Of a stretch of DNA of 38,253 bases, positions 37,222-38,253 are shown in pieces. The translations under genes were made by a program, and so were the position numbers. Every line of letters begins with the position of its first letter. The first letter of the stretch is position 1. Below the pieces are notes generated by a model, which searched no databases, was not told where the DNA came from, and worked only from the letters and a program-made list of their open reading frames with translations. The stretch is from a virus (taxonomy: Duplodnaviria > Heunggongvirae > Uroviricota > Caudoviricetes): IMG/VR virus record IMGVR_UViG_2778261538_000002; one strand, given 5' to 3'.

Positions 37222-38253
37222 ATGGCAGTACGAAAACTCACCACAGGAAAATGGCTTTGCGAATGTTACCCCGCCGGACGTAGTGGGCGTCGTGTGCGTA
37301 AACAATTCGCCACCAAAGGCGAAGCTCTTGCTTTTGAGCGTCACACGATGGAAGAAACTGAATCAAAGCCCTGGCTGGGCGAATCAGTGGATCGTCGAAC
37401 CCTGAAAGACGTGGTTGAGCTATGGTTCAAACTACATGGTAAATCTCTGACTGCTGGGCAGCATGTCTATGACAAATTGCTGCTGATGGTTGACGCTCTG
37501 GGCAATCCCCTTGCAACCGATCTCACATCTAAAATGTTTGCCCATTATCGAGATAAACGACTGACAGGTGAGATCTACTTCAGCGAGAAATGGAAGAAAG
37601 GAGCCAGCCCGGTCACCATTAACCTGGAGCAAAGCTATCTAAGTAGTGTTTTTAGCGAACTATCCCGCCTGGGCGAATGGACGTATCCGAACCCACTGGA
37701 GAACATGCGAAAATTCACCATCGCAGAAAAAGAGATGGCATGGCTTACCCATGAGCAGATTGTTGAACTGCTGGCTGATTGCAAACGTCAGGACCCAATT
37801 CTGGCTCTGGTAGTCAAAATATGCTTAAGCACAGGCGCACGCTGGCGAGAAGCCGTAAATCTTACCCGCTCACAGGTGACCAAATACCGAATTACCTTTG
37901 TAAGAACGAAGGGGAAGAAAAACAGAAGCATCCCTATCAGTAAAGAGCTTTACGAAGAGATCATGGCGCTTGATGGGTTCAATTTCTTCACAGACTGCTA
38001 TTTTCAATTTTTATCCGTGATGGAAAAAACGTCTATCGTGCTCCCTCGCGGTCAACTGACACACGTTCTGCGCCATACGTTTGCGGCGCATTTCATGATG
38101 TCGGGTGGAAATATCCTTGCTTTGCAAAAAATCCTCGGACATCACGACATAAAAATGACCATGCGTTACGCACATCTGGCACCGGATCACCTGGAAACTG
38201 CATTACGGTTTAATCCGCTGGCAACACTACCAACATCAACAGCAACTGTTTGA
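37222..38253 (+). CDS. int: tyrosine integrase
   Basis: 343 aa; C-terminal catalytic region HVLRHTFA...LGHHDIKMTMRYAHL; stop at the window end. Confidence 0.92.
   Translation: MAVRKLTTGKWLCECYPAGRSGRRVRKQFATKGEALAFERHTMEETESKPWLGESVDRRTLKDVVELWFKLHGKSLTAGQHVYDKLLLMVDALGNPLATDLTSKMFAHYRDKRLTGEIYFSEKWKKGASPVTINLEQSYLSSVFSELSRLGEWTYPNPLENMRKFTIAEKEMAWLTHEQIVELLADCKRQDPILALVVKICLSTGARWREAVNLTRSQVTKYRITFVRTKGKKNRSIPISKELYEEIMALDGFNFFTDCYFQFLSVMEKTSIVLPRGQLTHVLRHTFAAHFMMSGGNILALQKILGHHDIKMTMRYAHLAPDHLETALRFNPLATLPTSTATV

Larger units (their letters stand above)
2621..38253. mobile_element. P2/186-family prophage (runs to window end; far att not included)
   Basis: contiguous P2-like gene order ogr-D-U-T-E-FII-FI-G-H-I-J-W-V-S-R-lysCBA-K-Y-X-L-M-N-O / P-Q, then cos, replication and switch genes, tyrosine integrase at the window end. 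Confidence 0.92.

Noticed and set aside
37143-37222. Possible hairpin or promoter (TTGACA ... CTCCACTGGAG palindrome) between the ASCH gene and int
   Set aside because: Stem is only 5 bp and promoter spacing is poor; could not support either a terminator or a promoter call.
1-38253. Looked for CRISPR arrays, tRNA or rRNA genes and IS elements
   Set aside because: No regularly spaced direct repeats, no tRNA-like cloverleaf candidates and no transposase ORFs were seen; the only mobile element is the prophage.

Overview
The window starts with three chromosomal genes of an Escherichia/Shigella-type backbone (grxA, ybjM, ybjL); from about 2.6 kb to the window end it is a nearly complete P2/186-family temperate prophage (about 35.6 kb, right att beyond the window). 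Gene calls rest on my recollection of P2 and 186 proteins plus motifs read directly from the ORF translations; no database search was possible. The prophage is a mosaic: P2-like late genes and ogr, but a 186-like switch and SOS region (CI-like repressor, apl, cII, replication protein A, a tum-like DinI module). Tail, lysis, capsid and packaging genes all appear intact. Three AT-rich cargo islands interrupt the conserved backbone and are the most interesting content: (1) a translationally coupled ABC-type ATPase + SIR2-like operon between portal gene Q and the putative cos site; (2) a three-gene cluster between the repressor and integrase (C-terminally membrane-anchored protein, GNAT-like fusion protein, ASCH protein); (3) a single opposite-strand gene between tail genes V and S. 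I regard (1) and (2) as candidate anti-phage or lysogenic-conversion systems that I cannot assign to any named family from sequence alone. Several coordinates carry an uncertainty of a few nt where start codons were chosen by codon arithmetic from the ORF track.
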